64,000 nucleotides of DNA from Rhodothermaceae bacterium bin80 (lineage in GTDB: Bacteria > Bacteroidota > Rhodothermia > Rhodothermales > Bin80), in assembly GCA_002238805.1 (NCBI GenBank), contig MPNB01000003.1, positions 6,407-70,406 of the forward strand, in the 5' to 3' direction. The notes beneath the pieces were generated by a model. It did not search any database, had not been told where the DNA came from, and saw only the letters and a list, made by a program, of their open reading frames with translations. A program made the position numbers and the translations under genes. Below are positions 47,001 to 55,591 of the stretch, in pieces (positions within the stretch are counted from its first letter, which is position 1; each line of letters begins with the position of its first letter).

Positions 47001-47261
47001 CATGAAGGGCTGGTGCGTGAGAGTATCAACAGACTCCAGAATCTCAGAAAGGCCGCAGGATTTAATGTTACAGACCGAATTCATATCGAGTACAATGCGA
47101 CAGGCATTCTGTCCAAGGCGATAGAACGGTATGCTGAGCATGTGAGAAACGAAACGCTGGCAGTTACGTTGAAATCGGCACAATTTCCCACGGGAGAGCG
47201 TGTCGAACGATTCAGTATTGGCAAGGAGTCGGTTACAATCGGAGTGAACCGGTTGATATGA
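44085..47261 (+). CDS. ileS: isoleucine-tRNA ligase
   Basis: Contains PPTANGHPGIHH (the HIGH motif), KMSKTRGN (the KMSKS motif) and an editing-domain insertion. The start is taken at MQRFEEI (44085). The listed ORF extends 50 codons upstream through low-complexity sequence. Confidence 0.95.
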   Translation: MQRFEEIRRIDAQIIEQQIRDWWESARIFEKSIQARTGAPTYTFYEGPPTANGHPGIHHVMARTIKDVFCRYHTMKGCLVERKAGWDTHGLPVEIEVEKALNLDGREDVLRYGLAKFNQKCRESVLIYKEEWDELTRQMGYWVDLDNPYVTFETKYIETEWWLIKKIYEKGLLYKGHKIHWYSPGSGTILSSHEVSLGYKEVQDPSVTVRFSSLDRPDTYLLAWTTTPWTLISNTALAVGSDIEYVSVRCASFPESELILARARLEMLREDYEITGTLSGDELVGERYEPLFSFFKDQGHDAWQIVAGDFVSTEDGTGIVHIAPAFGADDYVVGKSHGFPVLNPIDLRGKFLPNVPLVGGLWFKEADIYIIRDLRGRGLLHRHDSYVHNYPHDWRKGTPLMSYPVESWFIRTTAIRDRLVELNETIGWQPNSIGQGRFGEWLSNNVDWALSRQRFWGTPLPVWVSDRDPSIIEVIGSIQELRERCGDQLPARDEDIDLHRPFVDELTWTGSDGGTMRRVPETIDVWFDSGAMPFAQWHYPFENKEAFERSFPADFIAEGVDQTRGWFYTLHAIAALVMDSVSFRNCVVNGLLLDAKGEKMSKTRGNALDPFAVIEEHGVDRVRWYMMSNSPPWEDLKFSLTGVKEVERKLFSTLTNVYSFFATYANIDGFTSAEAAPPIAERPELDRWILSRLQSTAGFVDIALTDYHPTRAARAVEDFVEDLSNWYIRRSRRRFWSAKAKLPSESDVDKWAAYHTVHTCLETLTRLMAPIAPHYSEWLYRQLIINLKGAAESVHLAIFPEKDETLVDASLEMRMKLAQVVSSIVLGLRNQAKLNIRQPVGRVLVVVDKKCTKDMVAPVASIILDEVNARTMEYVDATSNIVWRKARPNFRQLGRRAGRHMPKVKKAILALGVKQLERYAAGESLTITGDGFHLDLQPGDIEVVTEGIEGWLVGQEGGYTVAMDTVITEELLHEGLVRESINRLQNLRKAAGFNVTDRIHIEYNATGILSKAIERYAEHVRNETLAVTLKSAQFPTGERVERFSIGKESVTIGVNRLI

Positions 47262-47294
47262 GTATCTCTCGTATAAAAGCAGAGCATTATTACT

Positions 47295-47720
47295 ATGAAT
47301 GCCCAGAAAGCAACCCAAGCGGCATCTGAGACCAAAGATAGCCGTCCTGAGACCCCTTTTGATGACAGTTTGCTGGCCCATTTTCGTGCATTGCTTCTTG
47401 ATAAGCGCGGAAACGCGATCGAGGAGGTCAAACGAATGCAGGCCCAGATCAAAGACTCGCGCGAGCAATCGGAGAGTGATTCTGCCTACAGTTTTCATAT
47501 GGCTGATGCCGGAACTGATGCAATGGAACGCGAAAAGTTGTACCTGATGCTGGCGCGTCAGCAAAAGTACATTGGCTACCTGGATCGCGCCCTAGAACGT
47601 ATTGAGAACCGAACATACGGGGTGTGTAGGGTGACGGGTAATCCCATATCGAAAGAGCGACTTGAGGCGGTACCCCATACGGAGATCTCTATTGAGGCCA
47701 AACTAAAGCAAAAACGCTAG
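47295..47720 (+). CDS. TraR/DksA-family protein (degenerate zinc finger)
   Basis: Has a coiled-coil N-part and the C-terminal motif YGVCRVTGNPISKERLEAVPHT. It lies between ileS and lspA. Confidence 0.7.
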   Translation: MNAQKATQAASETKDSRPETPFDDSLLAHFRALLLDKRGNAIEEVKRMQAQIKDSREQSESDSAYSFHMADAGTDAMEREKLYLMLARQQKYIGYLDRALERIENRTYGVCRVTGNPISKERLEAVPHTEISIEAKLKQKR

Positions 47721-47728
47721 TTTGTCGC

Positions 47729-48346
47729 ATGCGATTGTTTTGGATTGTCGCCGGAGTATTGGTACTGGATCAGGCGACAAAGCTGATGGTACGGCTCAAT
47801 ATGGACACTGGCCATCTTGGAGCGATCAATCTTTTGGGCGATTGGCTCAAGTTTACGTACACTGAAAATCCTGGAATGGCTTTCGGGATTACTTTCGGTC
47901 CGGCGGGATTGATCACAGTTTTTTCGCTTATAGCTGCTGCGATGATAACGGTCTATATGTTGCGTGTACGGACTGGTTATCTACCGTATACGGTCAGCCT
48001 AGCGTGCATACTCGGTGGAGCTTTGGGTAATATTATTGACCGTCTTTTCTATGGGATGGTGTTTGACTACGCTCCCTTTTTCCAGGGGCGGGTTGTTGAT
48101 TTTATTCATTTTGACGTTTGGCACGGTCGATTACCTTCCTCTGTCCCGTTGATTGGGGATACATACCTGTCGTTTTTTCCCATCTTCAACGTGGCAGATA
48201 TTGGAATTGTAGGCGGAGTAATAGGGATTCTGGTTTTTCAGAAAAATTTTCTAGCTGGATTGACTGCCGAGCAATCTTCGGAGAAAATTGTCGATCCCGA
48301 GGTGCTAGGTTCATCTCTCCAAGAGTCACATTCTGTGGCGGAGTGA
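47729..48346 (+). CDS. lspA: lipoprotein signal peptidase II
   Basis: Contains DQATK, NPGMAFG, GGALGNIIDR, VVDFI and FNVADI motifs. It shows the conserved ileS-lspA linkage. Confidence 0.9.
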   Translation: MRLFWIVAGVLVLDQATKLMVRLNMDTGHLGAINLLGDWLKFTYTENPGMAFGITFGPAGLITVFSLIAAAMITVYMLRVRTGYLPYTVSLACILGGALGNIIDRLFYGMVFDYAPFFQGRVVDFIHFDVWHGRLPSSVPLIGDTYLSFFPIFNVADIGIVGGVIGILVFQKNFLAGLTAEQSSEKIVDPEVLGSSLQESHSVAE

Positions 48347-48496
48347 ACGTACTGGCTTGCAGAATTGATGCCATCCACATGAGATGTCCAAGATGTGGCC
48401 ACTTTCCTGTCTGGCTCTCTGAGTTGATTGTTTTTTTGGGGATCTGTTCAATGGTGACCCTGAGAGGTGTGATTTAGGAGGGTATCCGTATTGTAT

Positions 48497-48598
48497 ATGT
48501 CACTTAAAAAGCTGTGGAGGCGTTGGGGGTGCAGAGGCGTGAAACAGGTGAGGTTGCATCCGCAGAAGACAAAGATCGTCTATTGCAAAAGACACTAA
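48497..48598 (+). pseudogene. short remnant resembling the C-terminal side of a group-II-intron/retron-type reverse transcriptase palm domain
   Basis: The 33-codon ORF ends ...VRLHPQKTKIVYCKRH*. The (L)HPEKTKIVYCKD string is one I associate with bacterial reverse transcriptases. No YADD box or upstream RT domains are present. Confidence 0.3.
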
Positions 48599-49038
48599 TT
48601 AGGAGTAAGGAATATTCGAGAAGAAGTCCATCTTCTGATTAAGTCTTGACCGCGCTCTTTCTTTTTACAGCGTGCTTATTGTTGTTGTCAGGTACAGCAG
48701 ATAGATGTACCCGCTCTGCTCAGTCAATGTAGGTGTCGCCCTCGCCTTAGACCGGGCGAATAGGGGTGCAATAACCCATGCGAACCCATGAAACCACGCC
48801 CGGAATTCCAACGCTGAATAGACGGTCTGGCGCTCATTTGCGCTCATGGTCGGTGCTGCACACGTTAGGTTCGCTGGCGAGTAGCTGGAAGAGGACATAC
48901 TTCCTGTCACGCCCATTGATGCGACGAACTACTTCGCGGTCTTGTCGCATAGAGAGGTGCCAGTGATCCACCAGGCTGCTGTAACGAAGAATGCTTTCGA
49001 CGAGGCTGAGCCGGCATCGTCTGCCCTTCGTGCGCAGG

Positions 49039-50253
49039 CTAAGAAGGTGACGTGAGGCTATGCATCCGAACGGTTTGGACGCCAAGCTCGGACCGATGGA
49101 CCAGGAGCACGTAATCGGCTCCGAATTCCCAAACATCGCCGGGGAGCTGGGCCATGTGACAAGCGAACTTGCCGTCAGCACCGAAGGCGAGCCATCCACG
49201 ATCCTCTCGGGGCCGGTCGTATTGGCGGATCCAGATGCGGCCGTCACGACCGATCTTGACACTGGACATAGCTGGGAAAACGTCAGCCACCGGACGCTCT
49301 GGACTCATCCTGGCGTCATCATACTGATTCCACTCCGAAGATGACGGTTGGCTACGGCGCTCCCGGTAATCCTCGCGCCAAGCGCGTACGTCCGCGCGCG
49401 TAACCTCACGGTCCGGTTCTGACCAGCGGATGATCATCCGCAAGTTGAATTCATCGTCCAGAACCTGTACCTCGGGTTTGCTCCCATGTGCCAGCACGAT
49501 GGTTGATCCCAGCGCGTCAACTTCCGCGGCTCCCTCGAAGAGCGGGAACAACGAGAAGCCCTCAGCTTCACTGACCTTGCCATAGGTTACGTGGGGGATC
49601 CGGGCAAGGTTGCCGACAAGATTCCCGTCGGGATCGTGGAACTCCACTATCATCGTGTCCGGAGCGCCAAAGTCCGGGGTGCGCATTCCTACCCCTGCCC
49701 CTTCCTCTTTGGCGTTCACGGTATACCCGTTATCGAGCACGCCTCCAGCCCTTGACGAGTTTATATACGTCGGCTTGAGGCCTACGGTCCGCACGAATTC
49801 GCCCTGGGCCGTGAAGACGTTGTAGCGCCATGGGCGGTAGTCGCCCACCCAGAGCGTATCGCCTGCGGCGACCCACAGGATAAAGGGATTAGAAAACTCA
49901 CCAGGGCCTTTGCCGCGCTGGCCCATTGACCGTAAGTGGCGCCCCGAAGCGTCGTAGATGCGAACTTCGGCAGACGTGCGATCGACCGCCACAACGGATC
50001 CATCTGACAGACGCCCCATCCCCCGGATCGAGGAGAACCATTGGTTATCGTCTTCCTCGTCATCTCCAATGACCAAGACGGGTTCCTCGCTGAATGTGCA
50101 CGTCGCCTCCGAGCTTGCGGGGGCGCTAGTTACGATCTGTGCGCTGGAGCTGTCGATGGCCACGGTTTCGGACGGTGCTTGCTGGGCGCAGGCACTGAGG
50201 GGCAAGACAAGCGTGAGAATAAGGCTTCCTAGAGACCGATTGGGTGTAGTCAT
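49039..50253 (-). CDS. lipoprotein, six-bladed beta-propeller (NHL/TolB-like) family
   Basis: Has the lipobox LVLPLSAC and repeated blade-like units (GRLSDGSVVAVDRTSAEVRIYDASGRHLRSMGQRGKGPGEF, GDTLWVGDYRPWRYNVFTAQGEF). The gene is GC-rich relative to its flanks. Confidence 0.55.
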   Translation of the reverse strand: MTTPNRSLGSLILTLVLPLSACAQQAPSETVAIDSSSAQIVTSAPASSEATCTFSEEPVLVIGDDEEDDNQWFSSIRGMGRLSDGSVVAVDRTSAEVRIYDASGRHLRSMGQRGKGPGEFSNPFILWVAAGDTLWVGDYRPWRYNVFTAQGEFVRTVGLKPTYINSSRAGGVLDNGYTVNAKEEGAGVGMRTPDFGAPDTMIVEFHDPDGNLVGNLARIPHVTYGKVSEAEGFSLFPLFEGAAEVDALGSTIVLAHGSKPEVQVLDDEFNLRMIIRWSEPDREVTRADVRAWREDYRERRSQPSSSEWNQYDDARMSPERPVADVFPAMSSVKIGRDGRIWIRQYDRPREDRGWLAFGADGKFACHMAQLPGDVWEFGADYVLLVHRSELGVQTVRMHSLTSPS

Positions 50254-50356
50254 TTTTGCTATCTTGCGGTGGACGGGAACTCGAGAGGTCAGGCTCGCAA
50301 ACCGTACAAACTATCTTAAGTTCAGGAAAGACACAACGATCAAGGTATTAGGCAAA

Positions 50357-50983
50357 TTACTCACCGATCACTTCCTTGAGTTTAACCTCGGCAGCGTAAA
50401 ACAGCTTCTCGCGATAGCTCTGTAGCGTTTTCCGCATATCCGCAGAAACTTCCCTCAGCCCGACTGTTATTTCGGCACGTGCCTGTTCCAGTTTCTCCGG
50501 GGGTATTGATGTTCCAGTGACATTTTCGTGTTTCTGGATAGCGTACTCGACTATATCATTGAGCTTATCTCTAATAAGTCTTGCGTTGAATGCTTCACGG
50601 AATCGGATACTATCGCGTGCAGCATCTTTGTCCCCAGATTTTTCATCTGATTTGCGGGTTGCCAACTCGTGAGAATCAAATATTTGAACAATCTTGATAA
50701 ACCCACTAATCTCCATCAATCCTTGTACCGGTTCTGGGAGGCCACACAAGCCAAATGTTCTGCCTGATTCCCCGTACTCACGCGCTAAAAGAAGTAGTAT
50801 GCGTAACCCTGCACTGGATATAAAGGAAAGTTTGGAAAAATCCAAGATCAGACTCGGTTCATCAGGTGCAGACCCAGCCTTGACAAGATCATCAAAGGTG
50901 GCAGCATTTTGGGTGTCAATCCTACCCCTAACATTTCCGACGAGGGTGCTTTCCGTTCTATTCCAAGAGATTGATACTGACAT
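50357..50983 (-). CDS. STAS-domain protein with an unrecognised C-terminal helical extension (paralog 1)
   Basis: The N-terminal 105 aa resemble SpoIIAA/anti-sigma-antagonist STAS domains (LILDFSKLSFISSAGLRILLL...GLCGLPEPVQGLMEISGF). About 90 extra residues are conserved with the neighbouring paralog. Confidence 0.75.
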   Translation of the reverse strand: MSVSISWNRTESTLVGNVRGRIDTQNAATFDDLVKAGSAPDEPSLILDFSKLSFISSAGLRILLLLAREYGESGRTFGLCGLPEPVQGLMEISGFIKIVQIFDSHELATRKSDEKSGDKDAARDSIRFREAFNARLIRDKLNDIVEYAIQKHENVTGTSIPPEKLEQARAEITVGLREVSADMRKTLQSYREKLFYAAEVKLKEVIGE

Positions 50984-51182
50984 GTGTAAACTGAGAAGAT
51001 TAGAACTTTTTGGGGCTGAGCACTAAAACGCACGTGGTCCCGAGGCTTTTCTGCAAAAACTTTGCGAAAAAATCCGTTCATGTAGAAATACGCAAGTATA
51101 GTAGGACCGGTTTGAGCAATGGTCCCTGGTTGCCCATTTTCAAACATGAAGCACAGCTTTATTGGCAATGAACGATGTGGAC

Positions 51183-51827
51183 TTACTCACCGACCACTTT
51201 TTTCAGTCTGACATCTGCCGTAATGAATAATTTTTTTCGATAACTCCGCAATTTTCTCCTGATTTCTCGGGAAATATTCTGGAGTTCGACCTCGATCTCA
51301 ACGGCGGCAGACTTTCTGACTTCGGGAGGGAGGTCCGTGCCAGTCAAACTTTCATGTTTCGAGATAACATACTGAGCGATATCAGAGAACCTATCCCGAA
51401 TAATGTCTCTGTCGAATGTATCCCGCCAATCCTGAGGTTCAACTGAATCCTCATCGTCCGATAATTCAAACTCTTCGGGGCGTTCGCCCGTCATTGATTC
51501 AACTGATGACGCTTTAGAGTCATAAACCTGCACAATTCTTCGGAATCCGCTGATCTCCACCAGTTCCTGTATTGGTTCCGGGAGTGAGCATAAACCAAAC
51601 ATCCTGTCGGAGTTCTTATAATCCCGTGCACAAAGGAGCAGAATACGGAGACCTGCACTGGTGATGAACTCAAGCTTGGAGAAATCCAAGATCAGGTACG
51701 GCTCATCAGCCTTGGTTCCTGACTTGATTAAGTCGGCAAAGGTGTTGGCGCTTTGGCTGTCAACCCTGCCTTCGACACCTCCAACAAGGGCATTCCCTAG
51801 TCTACTCCAAGAGATTGATACTGACAT
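51183..51827 (-). CDS. STAS-domain protein with an unrecognised C-terminal helical extension (paralog 2)
   Basis: It is colinear with 50357..50983 (MSVSISW..., LILDFSKLEFITSAGLRILLL, ...KLFITADVRLKKVVGE). An acidic linker (PEEFELSDDEDSVEPQD) lies between the domains. Confidence 0.75.
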   Translation of the reverse strand: MSVSISWSRLGNALVGGVEGRVDSQSANTFADLIKSGTKADEPYLILDFSKLEFITSAGLRILLLCARDYKNSDRMFGLCSLPEPIQELVEISGFRRIVQVYDSKASSVESMTGERPEEFELSDDEDSVEPQDWRDTFDRDIIRDRFSDIAQYVISKHESLTGTDLPPEVRKSAAVEIEVELQNISREIRRKLRSYRKKLFITADVRLKKVVGE

Positions 51828-52163
51828 GTTTAAAGGAAAAAAGTGATCGAGATCTGTTACAGATATCTAATACCTAACAGAGCAGGTGTGCAAGACAGAC
51901 ATTGTGATTAAGTCCTAGTTCATTCCTGTGCGAGCATTCCGATGGCTGGCCTACTCAGAGTGGATTGTGTGGCTGGTAGCCAAAAACCAAAGTAACGTGC
52001 GCGGCACAAAACCCAACTAACATTGACAAAAATTCTCTGAGAATCGCATACATGACATACCAATCTGACTAGGTTTGTCGAAACTCAGCAGAAATTTTAA
52101 ACGGGTTTCGGAGCCAGGTCAGTAGGTCAAAATATAAGTATAATAATTGTGTTGCAACGCAGG

Positions 52164-53642
52164 TCAATTACCTTCATCACTGCCAGTCAGTCGTCGTTTA
52201 TGTGCAGCGATACCGAGGATCACGGTCGCAACGCAGGCCCCCATCAAGATGAGCGCAACAGGGCGTTCAAAGAAACTGAGCGGACTCCAGTTGGATTTGA
52301 TGGCACTGACCATAAAATGCTGTTCAAGGATTGGCCCTAATACCATACCTAGGACTACTTGTGCGAGCGGAAACCCACCTCTGCGCAACATTAGAGCGAC
52401 CACCCCCATCAATGCCATAACACCCACATCCAGAGGGTTGTTGTTTATTGCGTAGGCGCCCGTAACACATGTTGCAGCTATCACGGGCAAAAGCAGGCTG
52501 AAAGGCAGGCGCAGCGCTGTGCGGGCTATGCGGGCCGTTAGAAGCCCTACTGTGGGTAACAATAAAATATTTGCAATCAGGAAGGCGCCAAAGAGCATCC
52601 AGATCAAAGGCATCTGCTCTTGAAACAGGAGTGGACCAGGTGTCACCCCTTTCATCATGAAGACTCCCAGAACCATGGCGGTGACGGTGTCTCCAGGCAG
52701 ACCCAATGAAAGAGCAGGGATCCATGCACTTGCGACCGCAGCGTTGTTGCTGCTCACGCCAGCCAGCACTACCCGTTCCTCATTTTTCTGTCGTTTTGCA
52801 GATATTTTTTCAAGACTGCAAGCAACCCAGGCACCAATATCTGCGCCCGCACCGGGTAGGAATCCCACAAAAATCCCAAGCAATGAGGAACGCACTACAA
52901 GTTTGCGGGCCTTGCGAATTAATTTCAGCGGGGCTGCGTAAAAATTATTGAGTGCTCTACGATGGATCGAAGCATGTGCTGCCGGGGCAGATTTCGTACC
53001 GGCGCCCATATGGTACAATACTTCGGAGAATCCGAACAACCCAATCATTACGGCTATGTAATCCAGCCCGCCTAGAAAAGCGGGGTTTCCAAAGTGAAAT
53101 CTGGGATAACCTAGCGTAGGATCGATTCCCACGGTTGAGAGCAAGAGTCCAATCAAGAGGCTGATAAATCCTTTTAGCAGGTGACGTCCCGAAGCGAAGA
53201 CGCCAGCAGTCAAGCCTAATACAGCGATCCAGAAGTACTCAAATGACGAAAACATTGCGGCCAAAGTGGCCAGTGCCAGGGCCCCACCGGCAAGAACCAG
53301 CGTGCCGAGTATGCCACCGACCGAGGATCCCAAGGCACTAATCCCGAGTCCATACAGCGCACCTCGCGACCTGCTAAGGTTGTGAAGCTCATCGGCGTAC
53401 GCTGCACTGGCTGGCGTTCCTGGAATCCGTGCAATAGCTGAACCAACATCGCCGGCGTATATGGCTACCGAAGAAATAGCAATAATTGCCGGAAGTGCGA
53501 TGGCGGCGTCGAGAAAGAATGCTATCGGGATAAAAAGCGCAACAGCGAGTGTAGCGGTCAATCCTGGTACTGCTCCGAAGAGTGCACCATAAAGCGCGCC
53601 GGCAATCAGTGCAAGGAATCCTTCCCAACTCACGAGTGTCAT
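52164..53642 (-). CDS. tctA: tripartite tricarboxylate transporter large permease TctA
   Basis: It is polytopic with G(A/L)xPG(L/A) repeats (FGAVPGLTAT, GFLPGAGADIG, ALSLGLPGDT). The start is taken at the ATG at 53642, which overlaps the tctB stop. The listed ORF extension to 53744 runs inside tctB. Confidence 0.9.
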   Translation of the reverse strand: MTLVSWEGFLALIAGALYGALFGAVPGLTATLAVALFIPIAFFLDAAIALPAIIAISSVAIYAGDVGSAIARIPGTPASAAYADELHNLSRSRGALYGLGISALGSSVGGILGTLVLAGGALALATLAAMFSSFEYFWIAVLGLTAGVFASGRHLLKGFISLLIGLLLSTVGIDPTLGYPRFHFGNPAFLGGLDYIAVMIGLFGFSEVLYHMGAGTKSAPAAHASIHRRALNNFYAAPLKLIRKARKLVVRSSLLGIFVGFLPGAGADIGAWVACSLEKISAKRQKNEERVVLAGVSSNNAAVASAWIPALSLGLPGDTVTAMVLGVFMMKGVTPGPLLFQEQMPLIWMLFGAFLIANILLLPTVGLLTARIARTALRLPFSLLLPVIAATCVTGAYAINNNPLDVGVMALMGVVALMLRRGGFPLAQVVLGMVLGPILEQHFMVSAIKSNWSPLSFFERPVALILMGACVATVILGIAAHKRRLTGSDEGN

Positions 53643-54070
53643 TAGAGGGCCAGCAATCCGGAAAAGAGCAGGTGTATCGCTATTCCGGCGGCTGTAGAAG
53701 TAATTAGCACCGCTTTGATTCGAGCTCGCATGACAATTCCACACACCAGGCAGGTCATACCAGCAGCAGCGCCAATACTGATCCAGGGGTTGATCAGCAG
53801 GAAGAGGATTGCACCCGACAGTCCGCCCAAAATGCGTGTGATGCCTTTTCTGTGCAGTCGTTGTGCAGAAGTATCAACTTCAACAGACGGTCGCCAAATC
53901 AGGCCGATTCCAGCCAGAGCTAGCAAAAATGCCAGCACATTTGGAAAAAGCCCTGGTCCAGGATAGCCTTCCGGGAGGGAAGGGAAATTACGGGCACTCA
54001 ACCATGTGAAGGCTGCGAGGGTCAGAAATACTACCCCCGGTATTCGCGAAACAATACTGTTACAGGGCAA
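53642..54070 (-). CDS. tctB: tripartite tricarboxylate transporter small permease TctB
   Basis: The 142-aa four-TM protein lies between the tctC-like and tctA genes. Confidence 0.7.
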   Translation of the reverse strand: MPCNSIVSRIPGVVFLTLAAFTWLSARNFPSLPEGYPGPGLFPNVLAFLLALAGIGLIWRPSVEVDTSAQRLHRKGITRILGGLSGAILFLLINPWISIGAAAGMTCLVCGIVMRARIKAVLITSTAAGIAIHLLFSGLLAL

Positions 54071-55067
54071 GGCCTGCCTCGTTCATGAGCATACCATTAC
54101 GGCTATCCTCTTCCCGGAGGAATAACTCAAGAGAGTCTCCAGTAAGGTGCTGCAACCTGAATCCTGCACGTTCAAGAGGTACGCTGAATTCAGGTCGTCG
54201 GGATGCATTCCAAACGGCCACGCGCAGCAGTTCCAAGCGTGCGTTTGGTAGGTTTTCTGGGGCGGCAAGCACCATCCAGCCACCTTCGGATGCATAGTCA
54301 ATCCCGAGCTCCTTGAGCGTGGGTACGTCTGGCGCTACGGACAGTCGCTCATTTGCCATTAGAGCAAGTGTTCGAACCCGACCAGCCCGGCGCAGCGCAT
54401 CGGTTTCAGCCAGAGAGGCCGTCACAACATCAACTCCACCTGCCAGCAGTTCCTGTAGGGCAGCCGCTGCACCCTGACTGGGAACCCATGGCATGGCTGA
54501 TTGATCAAGGCCCACGGCTTCAAGAAATCCGATCCGGCACAAATCCCATATACCACCCAGAGAGGTACCGCTTGCTGTTAACGTCCCTGGTTCTGCCTTA
54601 AGCGCGGCAACGAGATCATGCACATCTTGCCAAGGTGCATCATTGCGCACCGTAATAGCGCTTGAGTTAACCGTAACCAGCGCGATCGGGGAGTAGTTCG
54701 TATAATCAAGAGGGGTGAGGCCAGTCCAGTGCATCATCGTGATTTCGACGGTGATGGCTCCCAGGGTATAGCCATCCGGCTGGGCCTGACTAAGAGCATA
54801 GTGCCCAACAATCCCCCCGCCACCGGTTCGATTGACTACGTTCACAGGCTGTTCCAACTCATCCTGGAGCACAGCAGCCAGGGTGCGGGTGGCAGTATCA
54901 GTGCCTCCACCCGCTTTCCAAGGCACGATGACGGTCAGCGGACGGGAAGGGTAGGCCTGCTCAATATTAGGTTGACAGGCACACAGTGTGACCAGTAATA
55001 GGCCAATCCAGACGCTTCCTCGATCAACCACCACTCCAAGGCGGGGCAACACCATTCGAACGAGCAT
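54060..55067 (-). CDS. tctC: Bug/TctC-family periplasmic substrate-binding protein
   Basis: Has a signal/lipobox (LLLVTLCAC) and Bug-family core motifs (VVNRTGGGGIVG, PDGYTLG, VPSQGAAAALQELLAGGVDV). The start is uncertain; GTG codons at 55034 and 55031 are also possible. Confidence 0.85.
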   Translation of the reverse strand: MLVRMVLPRLGVVVDRGSVWIGLLLVTLCACQPNIEQAYPSRPLTVIVPWKAGGGTDTATRTLAAVLQDELEQPVNVVNRTGGGGIVGHYALSQAQPDGYTLGAITVEITMMHWTGLTPLDYTNYSPIALVTVNSSAITVRNDAPWQDVHDLVAALKAEPGTLTASGTSLGGIWDLCRIGFLEAVGLDQSAMPWVPSQGAAAALQELLAGGVDVVTASLAETDALRRAGRVRTLALMANERLSVAPDVPTLKELGIDYASEGGWMVLAAPENLPNARLELLRVAVWNASRRPEFSVPLERAGFRLQHLTGDSLELFLREEDSRNGMLMNEAGLAL

Positions 55068-55539
55068 AAGCGATCAGCTGTCCCAAGTGCTCATGGGTAT
55101 GTCCGGCAAGGATCGACATGGCTCCGTATACGTTCAGCTGCATCCCAAAGAGTTCAATAGACTCACCCAAGTCAGCATCTCCCAAGGTTTCCAGAAGTCC
55201 GCGTACATGATTTTGAGAAGCCATCAACCGTTCGAGGGCGCCTTCTTTCGTGTCGGATGCGGTAGCCTCGTAGTCGGATGCATGGCCCAATGCTGCGGCA
55301 ATGCCAAAGTTGGCATCTGATACGTGATTCAGAACCTCGAGAACTGAACGGATTCCTTCCGCAGGGCGCCAGTCATGAAGGTCTTCGGGGATGGCTTCTC
55401 CCAGAGCATGCAGTTTTCCAGAGACACCATCAAAATCGCCGGAAAAAGCAGTGAGATAAGCACTATTGTCATGCTCCTGTGCACTGGCTGGCAGAGCCAC
55501 AACAGTCGCGATCAGGAAAAGGGTAATTACTTGTTTCAT
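55024..55539 (-). CDS. DinB-family (four-helix-bundle, metal-binding) protein with signal peptide
   Basis: Has a signal peptide and conserved His positions (LNHVSDANF, ILAGHTHEHLGQL) typical of DinB_2-like proteins. Confidence 0.7.
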   Translation of the reverse strand: MKQVITLFLIATVVALPASAQEHDNSAYLTAFSGDFDGVSGKLHALGEAIPEDLHDWRPAEGIRSVLEVLNHVSDANFGIAAALGHASDYEATASDTKEGALERLMASQNHVRGLLETLGDADLGESIELFGMQLNVYGAMSILAGHTHEHLGQLIAYARSNGVAPPWSGG

Positions 55540-55591
55540 CAGTTAAGCATGGTTTTTGAGGCAACAACGAGCAGGTGTAACTGACTAAGAT

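Noticed and set aside
48665-49262. Reverse-strand ORFs of 83 aa (48665..48916) and 142 aa (48834..49262) lie here.
   Set aside because: They overlap each other, and the 142-aa ORF overlaps the 3' end of the beta-propeller gene in a different frame. No recognisable domains are present. I treat them as non-coding or decayed sequence; see the accessory-patch finding.
53643-53744. The listed tctA ORF has an upstream extension.
   Set aside because: It overlaps the 3' end of tctB in another frame. The ATG at 53642 overlaps the tctB stop and is followed at once by conserved TctA sequence.
54361-54385. A T-loop-like string GTTCGAACCCGAC occurs here, with similar GGTTCGA strings at about 21381 and 24201, raising the question of tRNA fragments.
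   Set aside because: All lie inside well-supported coding sequences, and no acceptor or anticodon stems can be drawn around them.
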